From a virus (Duplodnaviria > Caudoviricetes), in the IMG/VR virus record IMGVR_UViG_3300032038_000069, positions 4,184 to 68,183 of that record: DNA of 64,000 nucleotides; one strand, 5' to 3'. The translations under genes were made by a program, and so were the position numbers. Shown here in pieces: positions 36,465 through 45,154 of this stretch. Positions within the stretch are counted from its first letter, which is position 1; every line of letters begins with the position of its first letter. The notes under the pieces are model-generated. The model was not told the origin of the DNA, did no database searches, and saw only the letters and a list, made by a program, of their open reading frames with translations.

Positions 36465-36823
36465 AGTTGCTCTTGACTTGTTTTGGAGTTATAGCTGTTA
36501 CCAAAGAATTTAATCAACTGCATCTGCAGATCAGCCACTTGCTGCCTTAACACCTCATTTTCTTTCTGAAGTGCTTCTATCTTTTTGTTCTGGGCAGAAA
36601 TAGTATTGCTGTTGTATTCTATAGTAGCCTCCATCCTTTTCTTTTGAGAATCGAGAGTTTCCTCCATCATTTTCTTATAGACATCAAACGAGTCACTCAT
36701 GTTTTTAATTTGCTGGGAATCTACTTCAGTATTATACTTCCTCTTCGTTAGTATGAAAGTCACAATACTGGACACTGTAGTACAGAACAGTCCTGTTAGT
36801 GTTATAATTACTTCTGAAGCCAT
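36461..36823 (-). CDS. Holin-like protein (N-terminal TM plus coiled coil)
   Basis: TM segment ~aa 5-25, coiled coil, coupled to the endolysin candidate. Confidence 0.55.
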   Translation of the reverse strand: MASEVIITLTGLFCTTVSSIVTFILTKRKYNTEVDSQQIKNMSDSFDVYKKMMEETLDSQKKRMEATIEYNSNTISAQNKKIEALQKENEVLRQQVADLQMQLIKFFGNSYNSKTSQEQL

Positions 36824-36953
36824 AATTCTATGTTTTAATCATTTAACCTAAAGTCTCTTAACCCTTACAAAGGTACTGGTTTTTTATATTCTGCTTTTTT
36901 GACTAAAGAAATGTCTGAGGGAGAATATAGAAATATCTTATTAAAAGGATTAT

Positions 36954-36992
36954 TTAGGTGCTTTCAGAGGCCAGTAATTTACCTTACCTTTG
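36954..36992 (+). promoter_or_regulatory. Promoter with TTAGG element
   Basis: TTAGG at 36954; TACCTTTG -7 box at 36985-36992. Confidence 0.7.
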
Positions 36993-37009
36993 CAACAAAG
37001 TATCTAGAT

Positions 37010-37612
37010 ATGAATAAATGGTTGATTTTAGCTGTTATCAGCTTGGGAATTGCTTTATTTGCATCTATGAAACAAAGCATCAGTGCAAATAAAAAATGGG
37101 AAATAGCTATGGCTAATGTAAAAGCCTATAGCAAGATGTTGAGCGAAGAGGAAGGTAAGAGTGCAGCTTATCAGTTGACTATAGATCAGCTGAAGTATTA
37201 TCAGGATTCTATACTCAAGAAACTGAATGACACAAGGAAAGAACTGGGTATTAAAGACAAAAGGCTCGAAGCTATGCAGTATGTAGCTTCCAGCTTTGTA
37301 AAAGCAGACACTATTGTTTATAGGGATACTATCTTCAGAGAGCCTTCATATGCCATGGATACACTTCTTGGAGATGAATGGTATAAAATAGAACTAGGCT
37401 TGAAGTACCCTTCAACAGTAACTGTTAAGCCTGAGTTCAAGAGTGAGAAGCATATAGTAGTCTCTACCAAGAAGGAGACTGTCAATCCTCCTAAGAAATT
37501 CTTCCTCTTCAGATGGTTCCAAAAGAAGCATTTAGTGCTTAAAGTGGATGTTGTAGAGAAGAATCCTTATGTAGATGGAGAAACTAGCAGATACGTAGAA
37601 ATCTTGAGATAG
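37010..37612 (+). CDS. Inner-spanin-like (Rz-like) protein
   Basis: Start re-placed at MNKWLIL (after the promoter); N-terminal TM, coiled coil, next to the lysis genes. Confidence 0.55.
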   Translation: MNKWLILAVISLGIALFASMKQSISANKKWEIAMANVKAYSKMLSEEEGKSAAYQLTIDQLKYYQDSILKKLNDTRKELGIKDKRLEAMQYVASSFVKADTIVYRDTIFREPSYAMDTLLGDEWYKIELGLKYPSTVTVKPEFKSEKHIVVSTKKETVNPPKKFFLFRWFQKKHLVLKVDVVEKNPYVDGETSRYVEILR

Positions 37613-37644
37613 ATGTTTGTTTTCATATAGATGTTTGTTTTCAT
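37610..37644. repeat. Tandem duplication, period 18 nt
   Basis: TAGATGTTTGTTTTCAT at 37610-37626 and 37628-37644. Confidence 0.85.
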
Positions 37645-37649
37645 TTGGT

Positions 37650-37682
37650 ACTCCCTTGTCTGTGAAGATATGGGAGTTTTTA
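37650..37682 (+). terminator. Terminator with GUGA loop
   Basis: ACTCCCTTGTCT-GTGA-AGATATGGGAGT followed by TTTAT. Confidence 0.7.
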
Positions 37683-38116
37683 TATTTCTACCTTATATAC
37701 TGCATCCACCACTGTTTCATCTAGGAGTTTTGCATACACCTTTTCTGTTATTCTGGTAGAGGAGTGCCCACATCATGTGTCATGAATATGTAATGAATGA
37801 GCATCAAAAGACAAGATGAGGGCCCATGGAAAGGCCCTAGAGAGAGAGTGTGTAATGACCCTTGGGAGAGATGGATGATTTCTTCAGGAGACAAAGATAG
37901 TAAAAAAGAGGGAGATAAAGGTACGGGATTAAGGTTAAAAAGTATTAAAATGAGGAAGATGATTAGGAAGTTTAAAGAAAATTGTTTAACTTTGTAGCAC
38001 ATTTACAATGATACATAAACCATTGAAAGACAGGCAGTAAATAAATGTAGTTGAAGTAAAGGTTTAAGCGGATTTGTTAGATAATCATCTATTGAATAAC
38101 CTAAATAGCATCAGAT

Positions 38117-38317
38117 ATGATATCAAAGAAAGAACAGAAGCAGTGGCAGGCAGAGGATGATGCCCGTACCATGGCCAATTACCAAGAGATACTTGGTGAC
38201 AAGAGCAGGCTGAACAGGGCTATCAAGGTAGCTCAGCAGCAGGCAAGGGACTTGAATAAGAGGGCAGCAGCCATGCAGAGTGTTGCCAAGACCAAATCAG
38301 CAGGGAGAAAGAAATGA
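38117..38317 (+). CDS. Small basic helical protein
   Basis: First ORF of the plus-strand operon. Confidence 0.7.
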   Translation: MISKKEQKQWQAEDDARTMANYQEILGDKSRLNRAIKVAQQQARDLNKRAAAMQSVAKTKSAGRKK

Positions 38318-38481
38318 TAGGTAAGGTAGATGATTATGACAGCCTTCCCATGATGACAGTCATGCAGGCACAGTCTTTGAGGAAGCTGGTGGATATGGTC
38401 AATGACGAGAATATCCAGAAGGATGACATTGTAGAGCTTTTCCATGATGAGGAGGGCTTTATCCTTATATATTATAAATAA
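38314..38481 (+). CDS. Small acidic protein (55 aa, not in ORF track)
   Basis: ATGA overlap with the previous stop; MIGKVDDYDSLPMM...ILIYYK. Confidence 0.6.
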   Translation: MIGKVDDYDSLPMMTVMQAQSLRKLVDMVNDENIQKDDIVELFHDEEGFILIYYK

Positions 38482-38499
38482 GGTATAGGAGGGAGTGAG

Positions 38500-38949
38500 A
38501 TGTCTGGTCGGAACAAAGTGAGTGAATATGACTCAGAGCCAGTGGTCTTCTGTGCGAGATGCTACTCCTTGAAGATAAAATATGAAGAGGCCATAGATGC
38601 TGAGTGCTGCATGGATTGCGGCTGTTCAGATGTCCGTGAGGCCAGTATAGAGGAATGGGAGAAGCTGTATGAGCATAGGTATGGCAAGAAATATGTTGTC
38701 AGAAGTAATGACCCCAGGAAGACCCCTATCTTCAAGATGCCTCTTACAAAGCTGAAGATGTATGTCTATGATCATCCCTCTCTAGATTATATTATTCACC
38801 GCCTCTACCCTCGGTTCCCCAAGGGACTCAGCAAGGCAGACAGTGTGATATTGCTATTTTCCAGTTTGATACGTGACAACAGATTAGATGAATTAAGATT
38901 ATTACTCATAAAATTACAAGACAATGGAAGAGAAGAAGTTAAACAGTAG
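38500..38949 (+). CDS. Zn-ribbon protein
   Basis: CARC...CMDC at the N-terminus. Confidence 0.7.
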   Translation: MSGRNKVSEYDSEPVVFCARCYSLKIKYEEAIDAECCMDCGCSDVREASIEEWEKLYEHRYGKKYVVRSNDPRKTPIFKMPLTKLKMYVYDHPSLDYIIHRLYPRFPKGLSKADSVILLFSSLIRDNRLDELRLLLIKLQDNGREEVKQ

Positions 38950-39244
38950 TGCTACTATGAAGTCTATTAAAGGTAAGAAAGAGGAAGCTCAGGAACCTCA
39001 GAAGCTGACTTATGAGCAGCTGAACAGTGCCTGTATGGAGCTTTACCAGCAGAATCAGAAGCTGATTAAGCAGGTACAGCAGCTGAACATGCAGAATGCT
39101 TTTACCCGTCTGGATTACCTGTTTAAGGTTTTGGAGAATGCTCATGTCATCAAGGACTCCGAGTTTGTGGGTCTCTGTGTGGATGAGATTAAGGAGGCCA
39201 TGATAGTGCCCAAGGAAGAGGCAGCAGCCTCTAAGGAGGGATAG
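38924..39244 (+). CDS. Hypothetical coiled-coil protein
   Basis: Operon context. Confidence 0.7.
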   Translation: MEEKKLNSSATMKSIKGKKEEAQEPQKLTYEQLNSACMELYQQNQKLIKQVQQLNMQNAFTRLDYLFKVLENAHVIKDSEFVGLCVDEIKEAMIVPKEEAAASKEG

Positions 39245-39245
39245 T

Positions 39246-39680
39246 ATGGAGCGTACAGCTGCACAAGGTGAGGGCAGGAAGTTACCCAAGCCTAATAATA
39301 TTGTCACTGTTCCCACCTCTTTGGATACAGACTTCTTCAAGTGGTGGTGTACTTTCCTCCGTCCTTTCATCAACTTGACCAACAGGGAGGTGGATGTGGT
39401 AGCCAGTTTCCTGCGTCAGAGGTGGGAGCTTTCAAAAAGTATCTCAGACCCAGCTTTGCTGGACACTATGGTGATGGATGAGAGTACCAAGTACAAGGTG
39501 ATAGAGGAATGCAATATCACCCAGCAGCATCTGTATGTGGTGATGAGCAACCTTAGGAAGCACCAGATTATCATCAATAATGTGATTAATCCAAGGCTGA
39601 TACCCAACATCAGACAGGATGATAATGGTACTTTCCAGCTGTTGATACTCTTTAAGGACATCAAGCCCACTGCTACATGA
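39246..39680 (+). CDS. Hypothetical protein, possible winged-HTH
   Basis: LTNREVDV...ITQQHLYVVMSNLRK pattern. Confidence 0.5.
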   Translation: MERTAAQGEGRKLPKPNNIVTVPTSLDTDFFKWWCTFLRPFINLTNREVDVVASFLRQRWELSKSISDPALLDTMVMDESTKYKVIEECNITQQHLYVVMSNLRKHQIIINNVINPRLIPNIRQDDNGTFQLLILFKDIKPTAT

Positions 39681-39964
39681 CCTATCGTGAGATTATCTCC
39701 AGGGTAGCTGAAGAGACAGGACTGCCAAAGAAGTTTGTGGACAGGGTGTATAAGTGTTATTGGAAGGCTATCAGGGCCCATATCACTTCCCTACCCCTTA
39801 AGGAAGACCTGACAGATGAGGAGTTCCTAAAGCTCCAGCCCAATGTGAACATACCCAGCATAGGCAAGCTTTATGTTACCCTGGAGAGATACCACAACAT
39901 GAAGAAGTCATATCAGATTAATTTAGAAAAATACGGTAATTATGCTAAAGATAAGAAAGATTAA
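39677..39964 (+). CDS. HU/IHF-like DNA-binding protein
   Basis: EIISRVAEETGLPKKFV...VNIPSIGKL. Confidence 0.75.
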   Translation: MTYREIISRVAEETGLPKKFVDRVYKCYWKAIRAHITSLPLKEDLTDEEFLKLQPNVNIPSIGKLYVTLERYHNMKKSYQINLEKYGNYAKDKKD

Positions 39965-40358
39965 ACCTTTGTTCACCACAGTGATTACCACAGGTGACAA
40001 GTTTGAGAAGGACATGACAGACCAAGGTCTGATTATAGCCAAGCAGGGAGACCTTAAGCTATGGCAGAAAGTAGTAGCCATAGGTTCTTCTGTAAGAGAT
40101 ATCAAGGTAGGGGACATGGTGATGATCAAGCCAGAGAACTATGCCAGAAAGAAATACAGTAAGGACTCTCTTCAGAATGACATGGATAACAATCCTGTTA
40201 TCTCCTATGACTTCAAGTGGGTAACACTGGAGGAAGAGGAAGGCTGCCCTGAGGAATGCCTTGTATTGAATGACAGAGATATAGAATATGTATTTGAGGG
40301 AGAGGAGAAGGAAGAGGCACCTTTGATTATGCCTCAGAAGAAGACTATTATTTGTTGA
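39942..40358 (+). CDS. GroES-like co-chaperonin
   Basis: KIKPL, KVVAIG...IKVGDMV, VLNDRDI motifs. Confidence 0.65.
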   Translation: MLKIRKIKPLFTTVITTGDKFEKDMTDQGLIIAKQGDLKLWQKVVAIGSSVRDIKVGDMVMIKPENYARKKYSKDSLQNDMDNNPVISYDFKWVTLEEEEGCPEECLVLNDRDIEYVFEGEEKEEAPLIMPQKKTIIC

Positions 40359-40399
40359 AGTCATTGTTGAATAGTTGAATTAAAGATTGTTTTTGGGAG

Positions 40400-40428
40400 A
40401 AGCCTGAGCCTTCGGGCTTGGGCTTTTT
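40400..40428 (+). terminator. Intrinsic terminator with UUCG loop
   Basis: AGCCTGAGCC-TTCG-GGCTTGGGCT-TTTT. Confidence 0.85.
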
Positions 40429-40439
40429 AAATTTAAGGA

Positions 40440-40458
40440 GTTGCTGCACTACAGCAAC
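40440..40458. repeat. 19-bp intergenic inverted repeat (family copy 5)
   Basis: GTTGCTG-CACTA-CAGCAAC. Confidence 0.85.
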
Positions 40459-40483
40459 ATACAGGACCAAAAAGTGTAATATT

Positions 40484-40657
40484 ATGGAGATGGAACCAGT
40501 ACTTTTAACTTTCGATAAGCCTTGGGATTACCAGCCCTTCAGTTATAAGCTAAAAGTAAAGAAAGACTTAGGAGAGTGTGTAGAAGAAGTAGAAGATGAC
40601 AAAGGTAATTTAGTCAAATCTTTAGTACATAAATATAAAGTAGAGATATGCGGTTGA
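40484..40657 (+). CDS. Small hypothetical protein (start re-placed at MEMEPV)
   Basis: The longer TTG start runs through the terminator and hairpin. Confidence 0.5.
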   Translation: MEMEPVLLTFDKPWDYQPFSYKLKVKKDLGECVEEVEDDKGNLVKSLVHKYKVEICG

Positions 40658-41199
40658 TAGCAGTTGAGAATTATGAGTTACAGGTTGCTCCAGAGGCTTT
40701 GCTGATAAGACCTATTAGGAGGCTATGGAATGCTGACAGAAGCCAGAGAAAGGAGAGCTTTTATCAGCAGATGAGTTATCTTTTCTTTATGGTAGACCCA
40801 AGGAGTTCATACTCCTATATGCTCGATTATGAGGAGAGGAGCAAGGCTATTATAGAGCAGGAAGGATTGCCTGAGGATTTTAAGCCCTCAGAACATCTGA
40901 TAGAGGCCATGAGGATATACAAGGAACATACAATTACACCTTCTCAGAAGCTGCTTACATCAGCTCTGAAGGCTGCAAATACAGTGAGTGAGTTCTTGGA
41001 GAACCCGAACATTTTAAAGGAAGAGGATGATAAGCATAGGCCTAAATACCAGGTTTCTACCATTACAGCTGCTTTAAAGAATGTGGAAGGTATAGTCACT
41101 ACCTTACAGAATCTTCAGAAGAAAGTTGAGCAGGAGTTAGAAGATGATGGAAAAGCCCGTGGTAGTCAGGAACTTACTATTGGTGATTTGATGTCTTAA
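40648..41199 (+). CDS. Conserved hypothetical protein, possible terminase small subunit
   Basis: Helical 183 aa upstream of the portal region; function inferred from context only. Confidence 0.45.
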   Translation: MRLIAVENYELQVAPEALLIRPIRRLWNADRSQRKESFYQQMSYLFFMVDPRSSYSYMLDYEERSKAIIEQEGLPEDFKPSEHLIEAMRIYKEHTITPSQKLLTSALKAANTVSEFLENPNILKEEDDKHRPKYQVSTITAALKNVEGIVTTLQNLQKKVEQELEDDGKARGSQELTIGDLMS

Positions 41200-41203
41200 C
41201 AAT

Positions 41204-41614
41204 ATGAAGTTTATTAAGTTTGTAGACTTGAAGATGTACCATGCTCAGGTGGTATTTCTTGTAGGAGTTACTGCCTATGATTTTGATATGCTGTACTATG
41301 ATAACAATAGGAAGATTACAGATGATGAGCGTAAGGAGTTTATAGGTGAGATTACTGATGAGCATGGCTGTAATGGGCTAACATGTCTGTTGGACTCTGG
41401 AGATGTGTTGGTGTATATTAGGCATGCAGAATATGGAGGAGATGTGGCTCATGAGATATACCATGCTGCTAATAAGGTGTTAGTGCAAAGAGGTTTTGAG
41501 GCTGTGGATGAGGAAGCATGGGCCTATCTAATTGGGTATTTGACAGATGAGTACTATGATGCCCTCAGGGATGAGATGGAGAAGATGGAGAGGAAGGATA
41601 AGAAAGATGATTAG
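41204..41614 (+). CDS. Zincin-like protein (HExxH)
   Basis: AHEIYHA...EEAWAYLIGY. Confidence 0.6.
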   Translation: MKFIKFVDLKMYHAQVVFLVGVTAYDFDMLYYDNNRKITDDERKEFIGEITDEHGCNGLTCLLDSGDVLVYIRHAEYGGDVAHEIYHAANKVLVQRGFEAVDEEAWAYLIGYLTDEYYDALRDEMEKMERKDKKDD

Positions 41615-41649
41615 GAGTTTGGAGGAATAAGATTATTTGCTTATTTTTG
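41611..41649 (+). promoter_or_regulatory. Promoter with TTAGG element
   Basis: TTAGG 41611, TTTG 41618-41621, 20-nt spacer, TATTTTTG 41642-41649. Confidence 0.75.
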
Positions 41650-41667
41650 CAGGAAAAATGTTGTGGT

Positions 41668-44600
41668 ATGAAACTATGGGATGACCTGTCAATGAGGGAG
41701 AAGGCTGAGATGATGAGGGTTGCTGTGAGCAATGGCATCACTACTTTGCCTGAGATTAAGCAGGCTTATAATGAGTTTGCCGAGGGTGGAGCTATGCCAG
41801 AGACACAGCCTGCTGAGAATGATGGCTGGAGTATGGAGGATGAGGCTAAATATAGAGAGTGGAGAAGCAAGCTTCCTTTCAACCTTAGGAATACTAATGA
41901 TAATGACTATGATATGAGGGAGGCTTACAAGGCTGGCATGCAGCCCACTCTGGAAAATGATGGCTTTTATCATCTGGGTTCCAGAAATCCAAAGACAGGG
42001 CGAATATTAAAGGCTCCTCACCATCCTACCTATCTTAAGGCTATTAACACTGATGCCAGGATGGGATACTACCCAAGGACAGAAAAAGGTATTACTTATA
42101 CTGACACTTGGAGGGGTAACCTCTTTGGTGATGGTGGATATAAGCCCTCTGAAAGAATTAAACAAAGGATTGCCCATTATGAAGGGAAGGCTATAACTGG
42201 TGCTACTGACCCTCTGAGTGGCAAGTGGGCTAAGAATAACAGTTTTGAGAGTGAGGCAAAGAATTTCTACAATGCCCTCCCACGAGATATTAGGGAGCAA
42301 GTGCTAAGTAATCCTGAATTAGCAGATAGTCTATACAGTTTTTCTTATAATGTAGGAGCTGGCAGGTTTAAGGAGAGAGTAGTTCCTGCTCTAAGAAACT
42401 ACTACAATGGTAAAGGCACAGTACAAGATATTGAAAACTCCATGTGGGCATCTGGAGACAGTAAACTAAGAGGTCTTCAGAGAAGAAGAGCAGAGGAAAG
42501 GAAAGGTGTTAGGAATGCTTTGATTGGAGATGTTCCCTATCTCCCCTCTGACACTCCCTCCTATCCCACCATATATGATATGCCTCAATATATCCCTGCT
42601 CAGCCTCAGGCTTTTTCTGCTCCTTTAACAAGTTATCAGCCTGTGATGCTTCCTGATGAGCAGCAGCCTATTGTGAGGGAGGCTATGGCCTACGATCCAA
42701 AGGAAATAGAGAGGCAAGAGAGGCAGAGAGGACTGAATAACTTTATGACTCTGATGAGTATGGCTAGTCCTCAGGAAAATGGCAACCCCTATCTTGATAC
42801 CATAGGTATGTTGGCAGGAAATCAATTTAAGAAGGGTGGCAAGATTTACATCAAACCAAATAACAGGGGTAAGTTTACAAAACTTAAGGAAAGAACGGGG
42901 CATTCTGCCACATGGTTTAAGGAGCATGGTACTCCTGCACAGAAAAAGATGGCCATCTTTGAACTGAATGCAAGGCATTGGAAGCATGGTCTTGGAGGTA
43001 ATTTATTTGATGGTACATCCCAACCATCACAGCAAATGGACAGGCCCAATATATTCAGGTATGATGATGGCAGGTATGTTTATCAGGCTGCTCCTGATGC
43101 TGAAGAGATAGAAGTATCACCTATTAACACTCTCCTTCCCAATCCCTCACAATGGACTTATCAGGATGCTTCAGGAAAGATATATACACCACATGCTACT
43201 CAGGTAGATACTGGCAGTATTATCCAGGATGAGGAAAGGAATCCCTTAGTAAGGGCAGCTAATAACTATATGAGAGAGGCTGCCTATAGAGCTAAGGATG
43301 GTACTTTAGCTTTACAAGGTAAATATACTATGCCTGCTATAGCTGCTAGTGCCTTATTGCCTGTTGCTGGAGAGGCTGCTTATCCTATACTGACAAATCC
43401 TTATGTAGATGCAGGTATTGCTTCAGCTTCTGCTGGACATGGATTGAATCATACTATCAATGAAGGTATTGATGGCTTGGGAGATGCTGCTATGACAGCT
43501 TTGGAGCTAGTTCCTTTGGGGAGGTTGGCTAAGCCTGTGTATGAAGGAGTAGTACAGCCAGGAATGAAACTGTTTAATTCCCCATTAACAGGTAACTGGA
43601 CTAAAATTGGAAATAGGGAGTACAGGTTGAGCCCTAATAGTCTTGGTGCCAATGGAAGTCCTTTGGAGTCAAGAGCTGTTGCCCCACAGATTACAGCAGA
43701 AAATGCTGCTAACATGACTCCTGAACAATTGGATGTTGCTTATAAAGCAGCGGTTGAGTCAGGAAATAGACCAGAAGCACTAAGATTATTAGAACAAGCT
43801 TATTTAAGAAGTGGTATTCCACGAACAGATATAACAGTGACTCCAGAGGGACATGCTGTCGGATGGTATCATGGTAGTGAGTGGGGAAACCATACAATTT
43901 TTGACAGTAGTGCTATGAATGCTACTATTGGTGGAGCATCTGCTCATGGGAAAGTAAAGGGCAATTTCTTAACTACAGATGTTCCTTCTGCCATGCGGTA
44001 TGCTGGAAGTAGTAGATACTCAAGTGCTAATGTTCCAGAATATACATCTCCCCAAACATTCAGTGAAAAAGTAAAAAATTTATTTGGAATATATAAACCA
44101 AGAAGATTATACCCTGCTGAAAGAGTTGGAGATTATGCCCCTAAGCCAGAAAGACTGTTTGATACTAAGGGTAAACCTGCCTTGGATCATATAGATAAGG
44201 TAGATAATGTAGTGTATCCTCTATATGTGAATCCTGGAAAAGATGTGATGAGACTTGATTTCCAAGGAAAGCCTTGGAGTCAAAGCCCTGTAGACTTTCC
44301 TAATAATTTTTATTTAAAAAGACATATAAGAGATGATGTCGCCAAGACATATAGGGATGAAATTGTACCATACAAAGACTATGAGACGGCTTACAAAGCT
44401 TGGATAGAAGATCCAATAAACATAAGACACGGTAGTACTTCCTTAGATGGAATGTATTTTGATGATGGAATACGTAGTATTGAGGGATTTAATTCAGCCC
44501 CAAGATATGAAACGGTGAGATTAATGGAGGAACGAGTACCTAATACTACCAATGGTGCTGTACAAACAGCAGCAAAAGAAGGAAAAACCTCTGTTTTAAT

Positions 44601-44832
44601 GCGCAATGTTATTGATTCTAATGGAGGCCCAGAGGGTATTCACTATGCTATAGATGACTTTGTAACACTTAAACCAAATCAACAAAAATTGGCAGATATA
44701 ACTTATGATGATAATGGGAATCTAATACCATTATCACAAAGGTTCAACTGGTATAATAGTGATATTAGATATGGATTACTTCCATTCTTAGGATTAGGAA
44801 CAGCAGGAACACTATATGGAAAGCAGGAGTAA
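41668..44832 (+). CDS. Polyvalent protein: lysozyme-like domain plus ADP-ribosyltransferase-like domain
   Basis: IAHYEG...YSFSYNVGAG...GLQRRRAEE (GH24-like); YHGS...FLTTD..SAMRYA and DITYDDNGNLIPLSQRF (ART-PolyVal/LPD-like); start re-placed at MKLWDD. Confidence 0.7.
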   Translation: MKLWDDLSMREKAEMMRVAVSNGITTLPEIKQAYNEFAEGGAMPETQPAENDGWSMEDEAKYREWRSKLPFNLRNTNDNDYDMREAYKAGMQPTLENDGFYHLGSRNPKTGRILKAPHHPTYLKAINTDARMGYYPRTEKGITYTDTWRGNLFGDGGYKPSERIKQRIAHYEGKAITGATDPLSGKWAKNNSFESEAKNFYNALPRDIREQVLSNPELADSLYSFSYNVGAGRFKERVVPALRNYYNGKGTVQDIENSMWASGDSKLRGLQRRRAEERKGVRNALIGDVPYLPSDTPSYPTIYDMPQYIPAQPQAFSAPLTSYQPVMLPDEQQPIVREAMAYDPKEIERQERQRGLNNFMTLMSMASPQENGNPYLDTIGMLAGNQFKKGGKIYIKPNNRGKFTKLKERTGHSATWFKEHGTPAQKKMAIFELNARHWKHGLGGNLFDGTSQPSQQMDRPNIFRYDDGRYVYQAAPDAEEIEVSPINTLLPNPSQWTYQDASGKIYTPHATQVDTGSIIQDEERNPLVRAANNYMREAAYRAKDGTLALQGKYTMPAIAASALLPVAGEAAYPILTNPYVDAGIASASAGHGLNHTINEGIDGLGDAAMTALELVPLGRLAKPVYEGVVQPGMKLFNSPLTGNWTKIGNREYRLSPNSLGANGSPLESRAVAPQITAENAANMTPEQLDVAYKAAVESGNRPEALRLLEQAYLRSGIPRTDITVTPEGHAVGWYHGSEWGNHTIFDSSAMNATIGGASAHGKVKGNFLTTDVPSAMRYAGSSRYSSANVPEYTSPQTFSEKVKNLFGIYKPRRLYPAERVGDYAPKPERLFDTKGKPALDHIDKVDNVVYPLYVNPGKDVMRLDFQGKPWSQSPVDFPNNFYLKRHIRDDVAKTYRDEIVPYKDYETAYKAWIEDPINIRHGSTSLDGMYFDDGIRSIEGFNSAPRYETVRLMEERVPNTTNGAVQTAAKEGKTSVLMRNVIDSNGGPEGIHYAIDDFVTLKPNQQKLADITYDDNGNLIPLSQRFNWYNSDIRYGLLPFLGLGTAGTLYGKQE

Positions 44833-44858
44833 CATCCTGCTTTTTCTTAGTGATTTAG

Positions 44859-44897
44859 TTAGGTGTTTGCCTTGTTGCATAGGTAGTGGTATCTTTG
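44859..44897 (+). promoter_or_regulatory. Promoter with TTAGG element
   Basis: TTAGG 44859, TTTG 44866-44869, 20-nt spacer, TATCTTTG 44890-44897. Confidence 0.75.
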
Positions 44898-45089
44898 CAT
44901 TGGGATAATGGTTTACCCGTGATGGGATGGGCATTGTCTTGTTGTGTTTTGTATTATAGTTAATTTTTGATTTCGATTTTTTAGGTGACAGTGGGCATGT
45001 TTTTTTAAGCGGATTTTTTCACATGCCCACTTTTTCTTTGCCTTTAAGGTTACTGTACAGGTGAAATTAAGGAGAGATAAGGGGAATTG

Positions 45090-45128
45090 TTAGGTGTTTT
45101 GTGTGAGTGTGTTTCTATTGTATTTTTG
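45090..45128 (+). promoter_or_regulatory. Portal promoter with TTAGG element
   Basis: TTAGG 45090, TTTG 45098-45101, 19-nt spacer, TATTTTTG 45121-45128. Confidence 0.75.
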
Positions 45129-45154
45129 CATGAAAAAGATAAAAAGATTGTTTC

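Noticed and set aside
37610-37644. Mini CRISPR array
   Set aside because: Repeats are 17 bp with a 1-nt gap and no spacers; no other repeat-spacer pattern was noticed in the window.
37748-38002. Overlapping ORFs on both strands in the 37.7-38.0 kb gap
   Set aside because: Low complexity and mutually antisense; the region looks like promoter/leader sequence (TAACTTTG at 37987).
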